Shown: positions 23,003-31,518 of the stretch, one piece after another | How positions within the stretch are numbered: the stretch's first letter is position 1 | Layout of the letters: each line of letters opens with the position of its first letter | Source of the DNA: Longivirga aurantiaca | GTDB lineage: Bacteria > Actinomycetota > Actinomycetes > S36-B12 > CAIYMF01 | DNA: 32,000 bases | Direction of reading: 5' to 3' | Assembly (NCBI RefSeq): GCF_042660085.1 | Contig: NZ_JBHSTI010000051.1 | Coordinates: forward strand, 1-32,000 | The notes under the pieces: generated by a model | Told to the model about the DNA's origin: nothing | What the model saw: only the letters and a program-made list of their open reading frames with translations | The model's database searches: none | Made by a program: the position numbers and the translations under genes

Positions 23003-24184
23003 ATGACCACCCTCGACACCCGTTCGACGACCCTCGTAGGTGCGGACTGGGCATCGGCGCGCACGGTCGCCCACGGCTGCCTTCCGCCCTTGGCCGCCGA
23101 GCACGTCTCGGTCGGACACGCCCACCGGCGCGTGCTCGCCTCGGATCTCGTCGCTGCGACGGCGCTTCCGGCGTTCACGTCATCCGCCATGGACGGCTGG
23201 GCGGTGAGCGGTCCAGGTCCGTGGACGGTGACCGGAACCCTCCTCGCTGGAGGTTCCGCAGGGCCGCTGGCACCGGGAGAGGCGGTGGTGATCGCCACGG
23301 GCGCCCAGGCCCCGGGAGGTGCCACCGCAGTGCTGAGGTCCGAGGACGGCGTGGTGGTCGACGGCCGGCTCGAGGGACACGTGCGCGACGGCGACCACCT
23401 TCGGCTGGCCGGTGAGGAGGCTCATCGGGGCGAGCTGATGGCACCCGCCGGCGTCGTCCTCACCGCCGGTCATCTCGGGCTCGCAGCGGCTGCCGGCTAC
23501 GACGTGGTCCCGGTGGTACGCCGGCCGACGGTGGCCGTGCTGGTGCTCGGCGACGAGCTGCTCGACCACGGGGTGTCTGCGCGCGGCCGCGTGCGCGACT
23601 CTCTCGGGCCGCAGCTGCCGGCCTGGCTCGACCTGCTCGGCTGTTCCATACGGTCGGTGGCGCGCGTGCCGGATTCGCTGGCCGCCCTCGTCGAGGCGCT
23701 GATCTCGGTGGGCGACGTCGACCTGGTGGTGACCACCGGCGGCACCGCCGCCGGCCCGGTCGACCTCCTGCACCGGGCGATCGAGGCCCTTGCCGGGAGG
23801 CTGGTGGTCGACTCCGTCGCGGTGCGGCCGGGTCACCCCATGCTGCTCGCACGCCTCGCGCACCGCGTCGCGCTGCTCGGCCTCCCGGGCAACCCGCAGG
23901 CAGCGGTCGCCGCGCTGCTGACGCTCGGCGCGCCCCTCGTCGACGCGCTGCTCGGCCGCCCGCTCGCGGTGCTCGACCAGGTCCGGTCACGTGAGGCGCT
24001 GGCTGCGCCCGGCCGGGCGACGCGGCTCGTGCTCGCGCGGCGTGGCGATGCCGGCGCGATCGCCGTCGCGCACCAGGGGTCGGCCATGCTCCGCGGCCTC
24101 GCGGAGGCGGACGGCTACCTGGTCGTCCCAACCGGTGGGTGTGCTGCCGACGACAGGCTTGCCTGGCTGCCCCTCCCACGATGA
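23003..24184 (+). CDS. moeA: Molybdopterin molybdotransferase
   Basis: SSAMDGWAV, VVTTGGTAAGPVD and LGLPGNPQAA motifs are typical of MoeA. It starts 7 nt after the DUF2249-like stop. Confidence 0.85.
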   Translation: MTTLDTRSTTLVGADWASARTVAHGCLPPLAAEHVSVGHAHRRVLASDLVAATALPAFTSSAMDGWAVSGPGPWTVTGTLLAGGSAGPLAPGEAVVIATGAQAPGGATAVLRSEDGVVVDGRLEGHVRDGDHLRLAGEEAHRGELMAPAGVVLTAGHLGLAAAAGYDVVPVVRRPTVAVLVLGDELLDHGVSARGRVRDSLGPQLPAWLDLLGCSIRSVARVPDSLAALVEALISVGDVDLVVTTGGTAAGPVDLLHRAIEALAGRLVVDSVAVRPGHPMLLARLAHRVALLGLPGNPQAAVAALLTLGAPLVDALLGRPLAVLDQVRSREALAAPGRATRLVLARRGDAGAIAVAHQGSAMLRGLAEADGYLVVPTGGCAADDRLAWLPLPR

Positions 24185-24232
24185 GGCCCGGATCGGGCGC
24201 ACGGTGGAGGGGCGTGCCGGATACTCCGCAGG

Positions 24233-26611
24233 GTGCTGAGGTTCCGCGACTGCGCCGTCGATGTCGCCGGCCGCGTGCTGCTGCGCGGCGGCGTGCCTCA
24301 GCACCTCGAGCCCCAGGCCTTCGACGTCCTCGCACTGCTCGTCGATCAGCGACACCGGGTTGTGCCCAAGGAGGAGATCCTCGACGCCGTGTGGGGCGGG
24401 CGCTTCATCAGCGACTCCGCGCTCTCCACGCGCATCAAGGAGATCCGGCGGGCGACGGGGGACGACGGCGACGCGCAGGCGGTGGTCAGGACCGTGCGCG
24501 GCCGCGGCTACCAGTTCGTCGCCGAGGTCGGCTCGCGCGTCGCTTCCCCGGCCGCGCCGACGCTGGTCGGTCGCGACCGGGACGTCGAGGAGCTCCTCGA
24601 TCGCCTGGCGCCTGGCTCGCTCGTGACCCTGGTCGGCACCGGCGGGGTGGGCAAGTCCACCCTGGCGCGCGAGGTGGTTCGCCGTGCGGCCGAGCGGCGG
24701 GGCGTTGCGTGGTACATCGTCGATCTGACGGTGCTCGACGATTCAGCTCAACTGCTCCCGGCCGTCGCCCGAGGCGCCGGTCTCGTCGACGACGGACCAG
24801 ACCTGCTCGCCAAGACCCTCGCCGGTCGCGACGTGATCGTGCTGCTCGACGACGCTGATCTGCTCGTGGCCGATGTGGCCGCGCTGTGCGATGCCGTGGC
24901 GGCTGCGGCCGGCGTGGCCACGATCGTGGTCACCTGCCGCGAGCGTCTCGGCGTCCGCGCCGAGCGGATCTGGCCCGTGCTGCCGTTGTCGCCCGACGCC
25001 GCTCGAGCACTTCTCGTCGCCCGTGCGCGGGACGCCGCTCCTCTGGCGATGCTCGACGAGCTGCCGGACAGCACCCTCGACGCTCTCGCCGACTCGGTCG
25101 ATCGCCTCCCGCTGGCGCTCGAGATGCTCGCGTCGATGAGCGCCCTCCTCGACGTGCCCGAGCTGCAGGTGGTGGTCGCTTCGAGTGCTTCCGCCGTGAC
25201 CACGGGGCGGCGGGATGCGCCCGAGCGCCACCGCTCGCTGGCCCGACTCGTCGAGGGGTCGCTCGACCGGCTCGCCTCCCGCGACGCCGACGCGCTCGTG
25301 ACGTTGTCGGCGTTCGCGGGCGCGTTCGCCACGTCCGATGCGGTGCGGCTGCTCGCGACGGACGACGCCCTCGAGGTGCTCCGATCTCTGGCCGACCGAT
25401 CGCTTCTCTCGCCGGTGGAGGGTCGAGGAGGCCGGCGCTATCAGGTGCTGCGCACGGTGCGACGCGCCGTCGACGGGCGGACCTCGAGCGCCAGGCGCGC
25501 GGCTGCCGCAGGGCGGCACGCCGTGCTGGTCACGACGCTGCTGGAGGCCGCCGACGCAGACCTCCGTTGCGAACGCGAGGCCCAGGGGGCAGTCGTCTTC
25601 GACCGGCTGGCGGACGAGGCGCGCGCCGCGCACACCTGGGCCCGCGACGTCGACGTCGACCTCGCGGTCCGGCTTACCGCGGCCCTCCACCTGTATGCCT
25701 ACTCGCGCATGTGGGCTGAGCCGTCGACGTGGGCGGACGCACTCGAGCACCGCACCGACCATCCGGCAGTCGTCGTCGCGCTTGCGAGCCAGGCCGCTCA
25801 GGAGAGCCGACTGGCAGAGGCGCGCACCCGCGCGCTCGACGCGCTGGAACGCGGCGACGAGCGGGTGCGGGCGGCGGCCCTCGAGGTGCTGTCGGACGTC
25901 GGCATCTATGAGCACCGGCTCGACGAGGCGGCCACCTGGGCGAGTCGGCTGGTCGAGTCGGCCGCGGCGTCGGGAGCGGTGCGCGATCGCGCGATCGGCC
26001 TTTCCAACCGTGCCCTCGCGGCGACGTACGCGGGGGACGCCGCAGGCGCCGCTGCCGCCACTGCCGCGATCCTCGAGACCCCGGAGGACGGCATGGCACC
26101 GACCGAGCGGGCCTGGCTCGCCTTCGCGCGTGGAGACGCGTATGCCGCGCTCGGCGGCGGGGATGCGATCCCCTGCTATGGCTCGGCCATCGCGATCTCG
26201 GACAGCGTCGGGAGCACCTTCGTCGGCGGGGTGTCCCGCTGCTCCCTCGCGGCAGCGGTGGCCGAGACCGATGGTCCGATGGTGGCTGCGGCGTACTTCC
26301 GCGACGTGCTCGACACATACCGGGAACGCGGCAACATCACCCACCTGACGACGGCCCTCCGGCTCGTCGTGCCCGTCCTCGCCGGCATCGGGGCGGACGA
26401 GACGACGTGCTGCGTCGCGGGCTGGACGCTGGGACCATCTGCGCGTCCGGGGCTCGCCGGCGACATCGCGCGGACCCGCGCGACCCTCGACGTGGTGCGC
26501 GGACGGCAGCCGGAGCCCGACGTCGAGCGGTGGACGACCCGAGGCTCGACGCTGACCGCCGGCGAGGTGGCTCACGCGGCGTCGGTCGCGCTCGCGGCCG
26601 CCGCAAGCTGA
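24233..26611 (+). CDS. OmpR/PhoB-type winged-helix DNA-binding domain fused to a P-loop NTPase and a helical-repeat (TPR-like) C-terminus; STAND-class regulator
   Basis: The N-terminus ...LEPQAFDVLALLV...VVPKEEILDAVWG....SDSALSTRIKEIRRA......VRTVRGRGYQF is trans_reg_C-like. Walker A is GTGGVGKST and Walker-B-like is VIVLLDDAD. The long Ala/Leu-rich C-terminus has a repeat character. The start codon is GTG. Confidence 0.8.
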   Translation: MLRFRDCAVDVAGRVLLRGGVPQHLEPQAFDVLALLVDQRHRVVPKEEILDAVWGGRFISDSALSTRIKEIRRATGDDGDAQAVVRTVRGRGYQFVAEVGSRVASPAAPTLVGRDRDVEELLDRLAPGSLVTLVGTGGVGKSTLAREVVRRAAERRGVAWYIVDLTVLDDSAQLLPAVARGAGLVDDGPDLLAKTLAGRDVIVLLDDADLLVADVAALCDAVAAAAGVATIVVTCRERLGVRAERIWPVLPLSPDAARALLVARARDAAPLAMLDELPDSTLDALADSVDRLPLALEMLASMSALLDVPELQVVVASSASAVTTGRRDAPERHRSLARLVEGSLDRLASRDADALVTLSAFAGAFATSDAVRLLATDDALEVLRSLADRSLLSPVEGRGGRRYQVLRTVRRAVDGRTSSARRAAAAGRHAVLVTTLLEAADADLRCEREAQGAVVFDRLADEARAAHTWARDVDVDLAVRLTAALHLYAYSRMWAEPSTWADALEHRTDHPAVVVALASQAAQESRLAEARTRALDALERGDERVRAAALEVLSDVGIYEHRLDEAATWASRLVESAAASGAVRDRAIGLSNRALAATYAGDAAGAAAATAAILETPEDGMAPTERAWLAFARGDAYAALGGGDAIPCYGSAIAISDSVGSTFVGGVSRCSLAAAVAETDGPMVAAAYFRDVLDTYRERGNITHLTTALRLVVPVLAGIGADETTCCVAGWTLGPSARPGLAGDIARTRATLDVVRGRQPEPDVERWTTRGSTLTAGEVAHAASVALAAAAS

Positions 26612-26677
26612 CGTGTCCCCACCTGATCCCCACGCAGCCCTCAAGCGGCGCGGCGGTGCGCGCTGTTGCCTGGGGGC

Positions 26678-27622
26678 ATGACGAACAAGCGCACGGATGG
26701 CCTCGCCGTTGACGACCTGATGCTCACCGACGGCGGACTCGAGACGGTCCTGGTGTTCCACGAGGGCATCGACCTCCCCGCGTTCGCCGCCTTCCCGCTC
26801 CTGGACTCCGCCGAGGGCCGCGACGCCCTTCTGCGCTACCACCGCGAGTTCCTGACGATCGCGGCCGACGCTGGTGCGGGCTATGTGCACGAGACCCCGA
26901 CCTGGCGCGCGAACCCGGCATGGGGGGCCGAGGTCGGCTACTCGGCGGACGGTCTGCGCCGGATCGCGTTCGACTCGGTCGCGTTCGGCACGTCGCTGCG
27001 CGATGAGTGGTCGGGCACCGGCGGCTTCCTCGTCAGCGGCTGCATCGGTCCGCGCGGCGACGGCTACGTGCCGGGTACGACGATGACGCCCGACCAGGCC
27101 GCGGCCTACCACCGCACGCAGGTCGGCGATCTCGCCGATGCCGGGGTCGACCTCGTCACGTCGTTCACCCTCCCGTACGCCGACGAGGGCACGGGGCTCG
27201 TCGCGGCGGCGGCGGAGGCCGGCGTGCCCGTGGTCGTGGGCTTCACGCTTGAGACGGACGGTCGGCTGCCGTCGGGGGAATCGCTGGGGGAGGCGATCGA
27301 AGCGGTGGACGCCGCGACGGGCGGATACGCGTCGTGGTTCATGGTCAACTGCGCGCACCCCGAGCACGTGCTCCCCGCCCTCGACGGGAGCGCTGCGTGG
27401 GCCTCCCGGATCGGCGCACTGCGTGCGAACGCGTCACGCATGACCCACGCCGAGCTCGACGAGGCCGAGGTGCTCGACGACGGCGACCCGGACGACCTGG
27501 CGCGCGGTTACGTCGACCTCGCCCGGCTGCTGCCCGGACTGCGGGTGGTGGGCGGATGCTGCGGCACGGACGCCCGCCACGTGGCCGCCATCGGTGCGGC
27601 GATGACGCGCGCGGCCGGCTGA
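26678..27622 (+). CDS. Homocysteine S-methyltransferase-family (Zn-dependent thiol methyltransferase) protein
   Basis: DGGLET at the N-terminus, the zinc-ligand contexts NCAHP and GGCCGT, and the overall pattern of the S-methyl_trans family. An alternative TTG start is at 26666. Confidence 0.8.
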   Translation: MTNKRTDGLAVDDLMLTDGGLETVLVFHEGIDLPAFAAFPLLDSAEGRDALLRYHREFLTIAADAGAGYVHETPTWRANPAWGAEVGYSADGLRRIAFDSVAFGTSLRDEWSGTGGFLVSGCIGPRGDGYVPGTTMTPDQAAAYHRTQVGDLADAGVDLVTSFTLPYADEGTGLVAAAAEAGVPVVVGFTLETDGRLPSGESLGEAIEAVDAATGGYASWFMVNCAHPEHVLPALDGSAAWASRIGALRANASRMTHAELDEAEVLDDGDPDDLARGYVDLARLLPGLRVVGGCCGTDARHVAAIGAAMTRAAG

Positions 27623-27629
27623 GACTGGT

Positions 27630-28085
27630 CTAGGGCTGGCGGAGCCGGTCGAGGAGCTTGTCGAGCCGGGCGAGGTCTGTGCCGCTGAAGCCGTCGAAGA
27701 TCTCGTGCAGCTCGGCAGCATGGATGGCGGCGGCCCGCTCGACGACGTCGTGACCCTGCGGGGTGACGACGGCCCAGATCACGCGCCGGTCGTGAGGAGC
27801 GGGCACCCGCTCGAGGTAGCCGGCCTCCACGATGCGGTCGACGAGCCGCGTGACCCCGCCCGTGGTGAGCGCGAGCTGGGCCGAGAGCTCGCTCATCATG
27901 AGCCGCTCCTCGGGGGAGCGCGCGACCCGCAGCAGCACCTCGAACCACGTGAGCGGTAGGTCGGCCTCGGCCTCGAGCGTGCGGGCGAGCCGGCGCTCCA
28001 TGCCGCTGAACGCCTCGAGGAGGCGTCCGAACGTGGTGATGAGCGGATCGTCGATGGCGCGCGGCACGTCCGGTACCTTACTCAT
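27630..28085 (-). CDS. MarR-family transcriptional regulator
   Basis: LTWFEVLLRVARSPEERLMMSELSAQLALTTGGVTRLVDRIVEAGYLERVPAPHDRRV is a classic MarR wHTH. The start is taken at ATG 28083-28085; the ORF begins one codon earlier with TTG. Confidence 0.9.
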   Translation of the reverse strand: MSKVPDVPRAIDDPLITTFGRLLEAFSGMERRLARTLEAEADLPLTWFEVLLRVARSPEERLMMSELSAQLALTTGGVTRLVDRIVEAGYLERVPAPHDRRVIWAVVTPQGHDVVERAAAIHAAELHEIFDGFSGTDLARLDKLLDRLRQP

Positions 28086-28091
28086 CAACGT

Positions 28092-28103
28092 CTGACACGT
28101 CAG
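28092..28103. promoter_or_regulatory. 5-2-5 palindrome CTGACacGTCAG; weak candidate MarR operator
   Basis: It lies 7 nt upstream of the MarR ATG in the 80-nt MarR/VOC divergent spacer. It is short, so chance occurrence is plausible. Confidence 0.3.
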
Positions 28104-28165
28104 GGAATTCCACGGCGGGTCCGGCTGTTGCCGTGTCGTCCGTCCCCGCTTCTCCGAGGTGCCCC

Positions 28166-28684
28166 ATGGTCGTCTCCGCCGTCAGGCTCAACCACGCCGT
28201 GCTCCACGTGTCCGACCTCGAGCGCTCGCTCGACTTCTACCAGCGCGTGTTCGGGATGGAGGTCGTCGCGCGGGAGCCCCGCGCCAACGCCGCTTTCCTG
28301 AAGCTGCCGCGCAGCGGCAACCACCACGACCTCGGCCTCTTCGGCATCGGCGGCTCGTACGGGCCGAAGCGCCCGGGCATCGGGCTCTACCACCTCGCCT
28401 GGCAGGTCGACACCATCGACGAGCTCCAGGACGCGCAGGTGGTGCTCGCCGAGGCGGGCGCCCTCGTGGGCGAGTCGAGCCACGGTGCGACCAAGAGCCT
28501 CTACGCGCAGGACCCGGACGGCAACGAGTTCGAGGTCATGTGGATGCTGCCGCGCTCGGAGTGGGGTGCGTACGAGAACTCGGCACCCATCGAGCGGCTC
28601 GACCTGCGCGGCGACGTCGAGCGGTGGACCGGCGTCTCGACGTCCGATGAGCTCCGACCTCGGCTCGCCCAGGGCGACGCGTGA
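28166..28684 (+). CDS. VOC (glyoxalase/bleomycin-resistance/extradiol-dioxygenase) family protein
   Basis: LNHAVLHVSDLERSLDFYQRVFGM, LYHLAWQV and the DPDGNEFEV motif. The ATG at 28166 has gagg about 7 nt upstream; an alternative GTG is at 28133. Confidence 0.8.
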   Translation: MVVSAVRLNHAVLHVSDLERSLDFYQRVFGMEVVAREPRANAAFLKLPRSGNHHDLGLFGIGGSYGPKRPGIGLYHLAWQVDTIDELQDAQVVLAEAGALVGESSHGATKSLYAQDPDGNEFEVMWMLPRSEWGAYENSAPIERLDLRGDVERWTGVSTSDELRPRLAQGDA

Positions 28685-29313
28685 CCGGCTTCGCCGAGCC
28701 CGTCGTCGCGACTGCCGGGAGCCTCGACCCCGACGCTCCGCTCGTGGTGCTGCTGCACGGCCGCGGCTCGCACGAGGGCGACATCATCGGCCTCGCGCGC
28801 TACCTGCCCGAGGGCCTGGCGTACGCCGCGGTGCGCGCGCCGATCGGCGAGGGCGGCGGATACGCCTGGTTCGCCAACCGCGGCATCGGGCGCCCGGTCG
28901 CGGAGTCGCTGCGCGCCACGATGGACTGGTTCCGCATGTGGCTCGACGCGGCCGCCGGCGAGCGCCCTGTGGTTCTTGTCGGCTTCAGCGGCGGCGCCGC
29001 GTTCGCCGGCGGCCTCGTGCTGGACGACCCGTCGCGGTACGCCGGGGCAGCCGTGCTGTTCGGCACCGTCCCCTTCGACGCCGGCGTGCCCGTGACCGAT
29101 GGCCGGCTCGACGGCGTGCCGGTGCTCGTCGTCCAGGGCGACGACGACACCGTGATCCCGCGCGACCTGCTCGACCGGACCTGGGCCTACGTCACCGGCG
29201 AGTCCCGGGCCGCGGCCACCACGCACCGCTCGCCGGGCGGCCACGGCATCGACCAGGGCGCCCTCGGCACCCTGCGCACCTGGCTCACCGCCACCGTGCC
29301 CCGGCACGAGTAG
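28681..29313 (+). CDS. Alpha/beta hydrolase, phospholipase/carboxylesterase (dienelactone-hydrolase-like) family
   Basis: LVVLLHGRGSHEGD, the nucleophile elbow GFSGG, and VLVVQGDDDTVIP followed by a distal His (GGHGI). The GTG start overlaps the VOC stop (GTGA). Confidence 0.8.
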   Translation: MTGFAEPVVATAGSLDPDAPLVVLLHGRGSHEGDIIGLARYLPEGLAYAAVRAPIGEGGGYAWFANRGIGRPVAESLRATMDWFRMWLDAAAGERPVVLVGFSGGAAFAGGLVLDDPSRYAGAAVLFGTVPFDAGVPVTDGRLDGVPVLVVQGDDDTVIPRDLLDRTWAYVTGESRAAATTHRSPGGHGIDQGALGTLRTWLTATVPRHE

Positions 29314-29357
29314 CTCGAGCTGCTCGAGGACCGAGAGGCGAGCGGTAGCGTTCCCGC

Positions 29358-29627
29358 GTGACTGTGACGGACGTCCTCGGCTGGGTCGGAGCGCTCGGCG
29401 TGCTCGCGGCGTACGGCCTGCTGACCGTCGGACGCTGGGAGTCCGCGTCGATGCGCTACCAGGGCGCCAACACGGTGTTCGCGGCGCTGCTGCTCGTGTG
29501 GGCGATCTCGATCGCGGCCTGGCAGTCGGCGCTCCTCAACGGGGTCTGGGCCGCGGTCGGCCTGGTCGGCGTCCTGCGGATCCTGCGGCGTCGCTCCGAC
29601 GCCCCGGAACCGCACGTGGGCGACTGA
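29358..29627 (+). CDS. Small three-TM membrane protein of unknown function
   Basis: An 89-aa ORF with hydrophobic helices (VLGWVGALGVLAAYGLL, TVFAALLLVWAISIAAW, LLNGVWAAVGLVGVL). GTG start; no family recognised with certainty. Confidence 0.5.
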   Translation: MTVTDVLGWVGALGVLAAYGLLTVGRWESASMRYQGANTVFAALLLVWAISIAAWQSALLNGVWAAVGLVGVLRILRRRSDAPEPHVGD

Positions 29628-29817
29628 TCGCACGTCCGGCGCCTGCTCCGATCGGGCGTCCAAGGTTGCGCCTGGGTCACGACCCGGCGCTTCAGCGCGC
29701 ATCGGCGCTCCGGCGGTGGCACCGTCGGACGCGCACACAACCCGTCAGACCGTCCGACTGGGGAGCCGGCCGCAGGTGCGGCAGGGGGCTTCCCGCGGCG
29801 GTCCGATCGCGGTATCG

Positions 29818-29831
29818 TGGGAGCGCTCCAT
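29818..29831. promoter_or_regulatory. CebR-box-like LacI-family operator TGGGAGCGCTCCAT
   Basis: It matches 12 of 14 positions of the Streptomyces CebR box TGGGAGCGCTCCCA as I recall it. The perfect palindromic core is GGAGCGCTCC. It is nested between ggtatcg and cgatacc inverted flanks. Confidence 0.5.
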
Positions 29832-29853
29832 CGCCGAGCCACCGATACCAATT

Positions 29854-29867
29854 TGTAATCGGTTGCA
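29854..29867. promoter_or_regulatory. LacI/GalR-type operator TGTAATCGGTTGCA
   Basis: It fits the generic TGNAANCGNTTNCA consensus at every constrained position. It lies 119 nt upstream of the ABC substrate-binding protein ATG. A half-site-like gcgaaaCGcTTaCA is at 29921-29934. Confidence 0.55.
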
Positions 29868-29985
29868 GACCGGAAACTTCACTGAAACCCCTTGCTTACG
29901 CGCGTGACTCGCAGCAAGATGCGAAACGCTTACAAGCCCGGGGATCAGCCACCCGGACCTCTCAAATCGGCTCGAGGGAGACAGA

Positions 29986-31368
29986 ATGTCCGTTCCCGTC
30001 CGTCGCCGGACTGCCGCCGTTGTCGGTGGCGTCGCGGCTGCCCTGCTTCTTGCTGCCTGTGGCAGCAGTGGTGGTGGCGACTCAACTACCTCGGCTGCGC
30101 CGAGCTCCAGCACCCCCGTCGTGGCGGGCTGCGAGGACTACGCCTCGTACGGCTCGCACCCCGGCACCAAGGTGACCGTCTTCACCTCGATCCTGCCGCC
30201 CGAGCAGCAGAAGTTCGAGGCGTCGTGGGCCCAGTTCGAGAAGTGCACCGGGATCGACGTCGTGTACGAGGGGTCCGACCAGTTCGAGGCCCAGCTGCCG
30301 ACGCGTATCCAGGGTGGTAACGCTCCCGACATCGCGTTCATCCCGCAGCCGGGTCTGCTCCAGAAGCTCGTGCAGCAGGGCGGCCCCAAGCCGGCTCCGC
30401 AGTCGGTCACCGACAACGTGGGCAAGTTCTGGACCGAGGCCTGGAAGAACTACGGCACCGTCGACGGCACGTTCTACGCCGCTCCTCTCAGCGCGAACAT
30501 GAAGTCGTTCGTCTGGTACTCGCCGGCGGTCTTCGCGGAGAAGGGCTACACCGTCCCCACGACGTGGGACGACCTCTTCGCCCTCTCCGACAAGATGGCC
30601 GCTGACGGCATCAAGCCGTGGTGCGGTGGCATCGAGTCCGGTGGCGCCACCGGTTGGCTCGCTACCGACTGGATCGAGCAGCTCGTGCTCCGCCAGCAGG
30701 GTGGCGACGTCTACGACAAGTGGATCTCGCACGAGATCAAGTTCGACTCGCCCGAGATCAAGGAGGCGTTCACGACCCTCGAGGGCTGGATGCGCAACTC
30801 CAAGTACGCGAACGCCGGCTTCGGTGACACGAAGACCATCGCCACCACCGCGTTCCAGGACGGCGGCAAGCCGATCCTCGAGGGCAAGTGCGGCATGTAC
30901 CAGCAGGCGTCGTTCTACGCGAACTTCTGGGTCAACTTCGACAAGACGGCGGAGATCGGCGAGGACAAGGACGTGTTCGCGTTCTACCTCCCGGCGATCA
31001 GCGCCGACGTCACCACCCCGATCGTCGGCGGTGGCGAGTTCGTGACGGCCTTCGCAGACCGTCCCGAGGTCCAGTCGTTCCAGACCTACCTGGCGAGCGA
31101 CACGTTCCACACGCTGAAGGTCAAGGAGGGCACCTGGGTGTCCGCGAACAACGGCGTGCCGCTGGACGCGTACTCCGACCCGATCTCGGCCCTGTCGGCG
31201 AAGTACCTCACCGACTCGACCGCGACCTTCCGGTTCGACGCTTCGGACCTCATGCCGGCTGCTGTCGGTGCGGGTTCGTTCTGGACCGGCATGACGGCCT
31301 TCTTCGGAGAGAACAAGTCCGTGGACGACACCGTCAAGGCGATCGACGCTGCGTGGCCTGCTAGCTGA
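29986..31368 (+). CDS. Carbohydrate ABC transporter substrate-binding lipoprotein (family-1 SBP)
   Basis: Signal peptide plus lipobox (LLLAAC|GSSGGG) and a gagggag RBS. Sugar-SBP patterns are present (GNAPDIAFIPQPG, FYAAPLSANMKSFVWY, KPWCGGIESG, ATGW..TDW). Confidence 0.9.
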   Translation: MSVPVRRRTAAVVGGVAAALLLAACGSSGGGDSTTSAAPSSSTPVVAGCEDYASYGSHPGTKVTVFTSILPPEQQKFEASWAQFEKCTGIDVVYEGSDQFEAQLPTRIQGGNAPDIAFIPQPGLLQKLVQQGGPKPAPQSVTDNVGKFWTEAWKNYGTVDGTFYAAPLSANMKSFVWYSPAVFAEKGYTVPTTWDDLFALSDKMAADGIKPWCGGIESGGATGWLATDWIEQLVLRQQGGDVYDKWISHEIKFDSPEIKEAFTTLEGWMRNSKYANAGFGDTKTIATTAFQDGGKPILEGKCGMYQQASFYANFWVNFDKTAEIGEDKDVFAFYLPAISADVTTPIVGGGEFVTAFADRPEVQSFQTYLASDTFHTLKVKEGTWVSANNGVPLDAYSDPISALSAKYLTDSTATFRFDASDLMPAAVGAGSFWTGMTAFFGENKSVDDTVKAIDAAWPAS

Positions 31369-31417
31369 TCCGGTCACTGCCATCACGTCACGACCAGTCG
31401 TGACGAAGTAGTTCCGG

Positions 31418-31457
31418 CCGGGGCTCGGAAGGGGTAGACACTCCTTCCGGGCCCCGG
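31418..31457 (+). other. Intercistronic stem-loop between the SBP and permease genes
   Basis: ccggggctcggaagg and ccttccgggccccgg form a 15-bp stem with one mismatch. A second 8-bp perfect hairpin, cgtcacga/tcgtgacg, is at 31386-31405. Confidence 0.5.
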
Positions 31458-31518
31458 TTCACATCCGGGCTCGGAACCGATCGTTGGTTCACGACGCATC
31501 GAGAGGGTGGTCGAGGGG

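Noticed and set aside
24233-26611. The P-loop/TPR STAND protein as an antiviral Avs/NLR-like defence gene.
   Set aside because: Its N-terminal domain is an OmpR-type DNA-binding winged helix, not a nuclease, protease, TIR or other effector. It lies in a metabolic operon context with no other defence genes.
29456-29851. ORF 29456..29851 (-) and other ORFs in the long leader before the ABC transporter.
   Set aside because: They have junk-like Arg/Pro/Ala composition, overlap the small membrane-protein gene, and show no start-site support.
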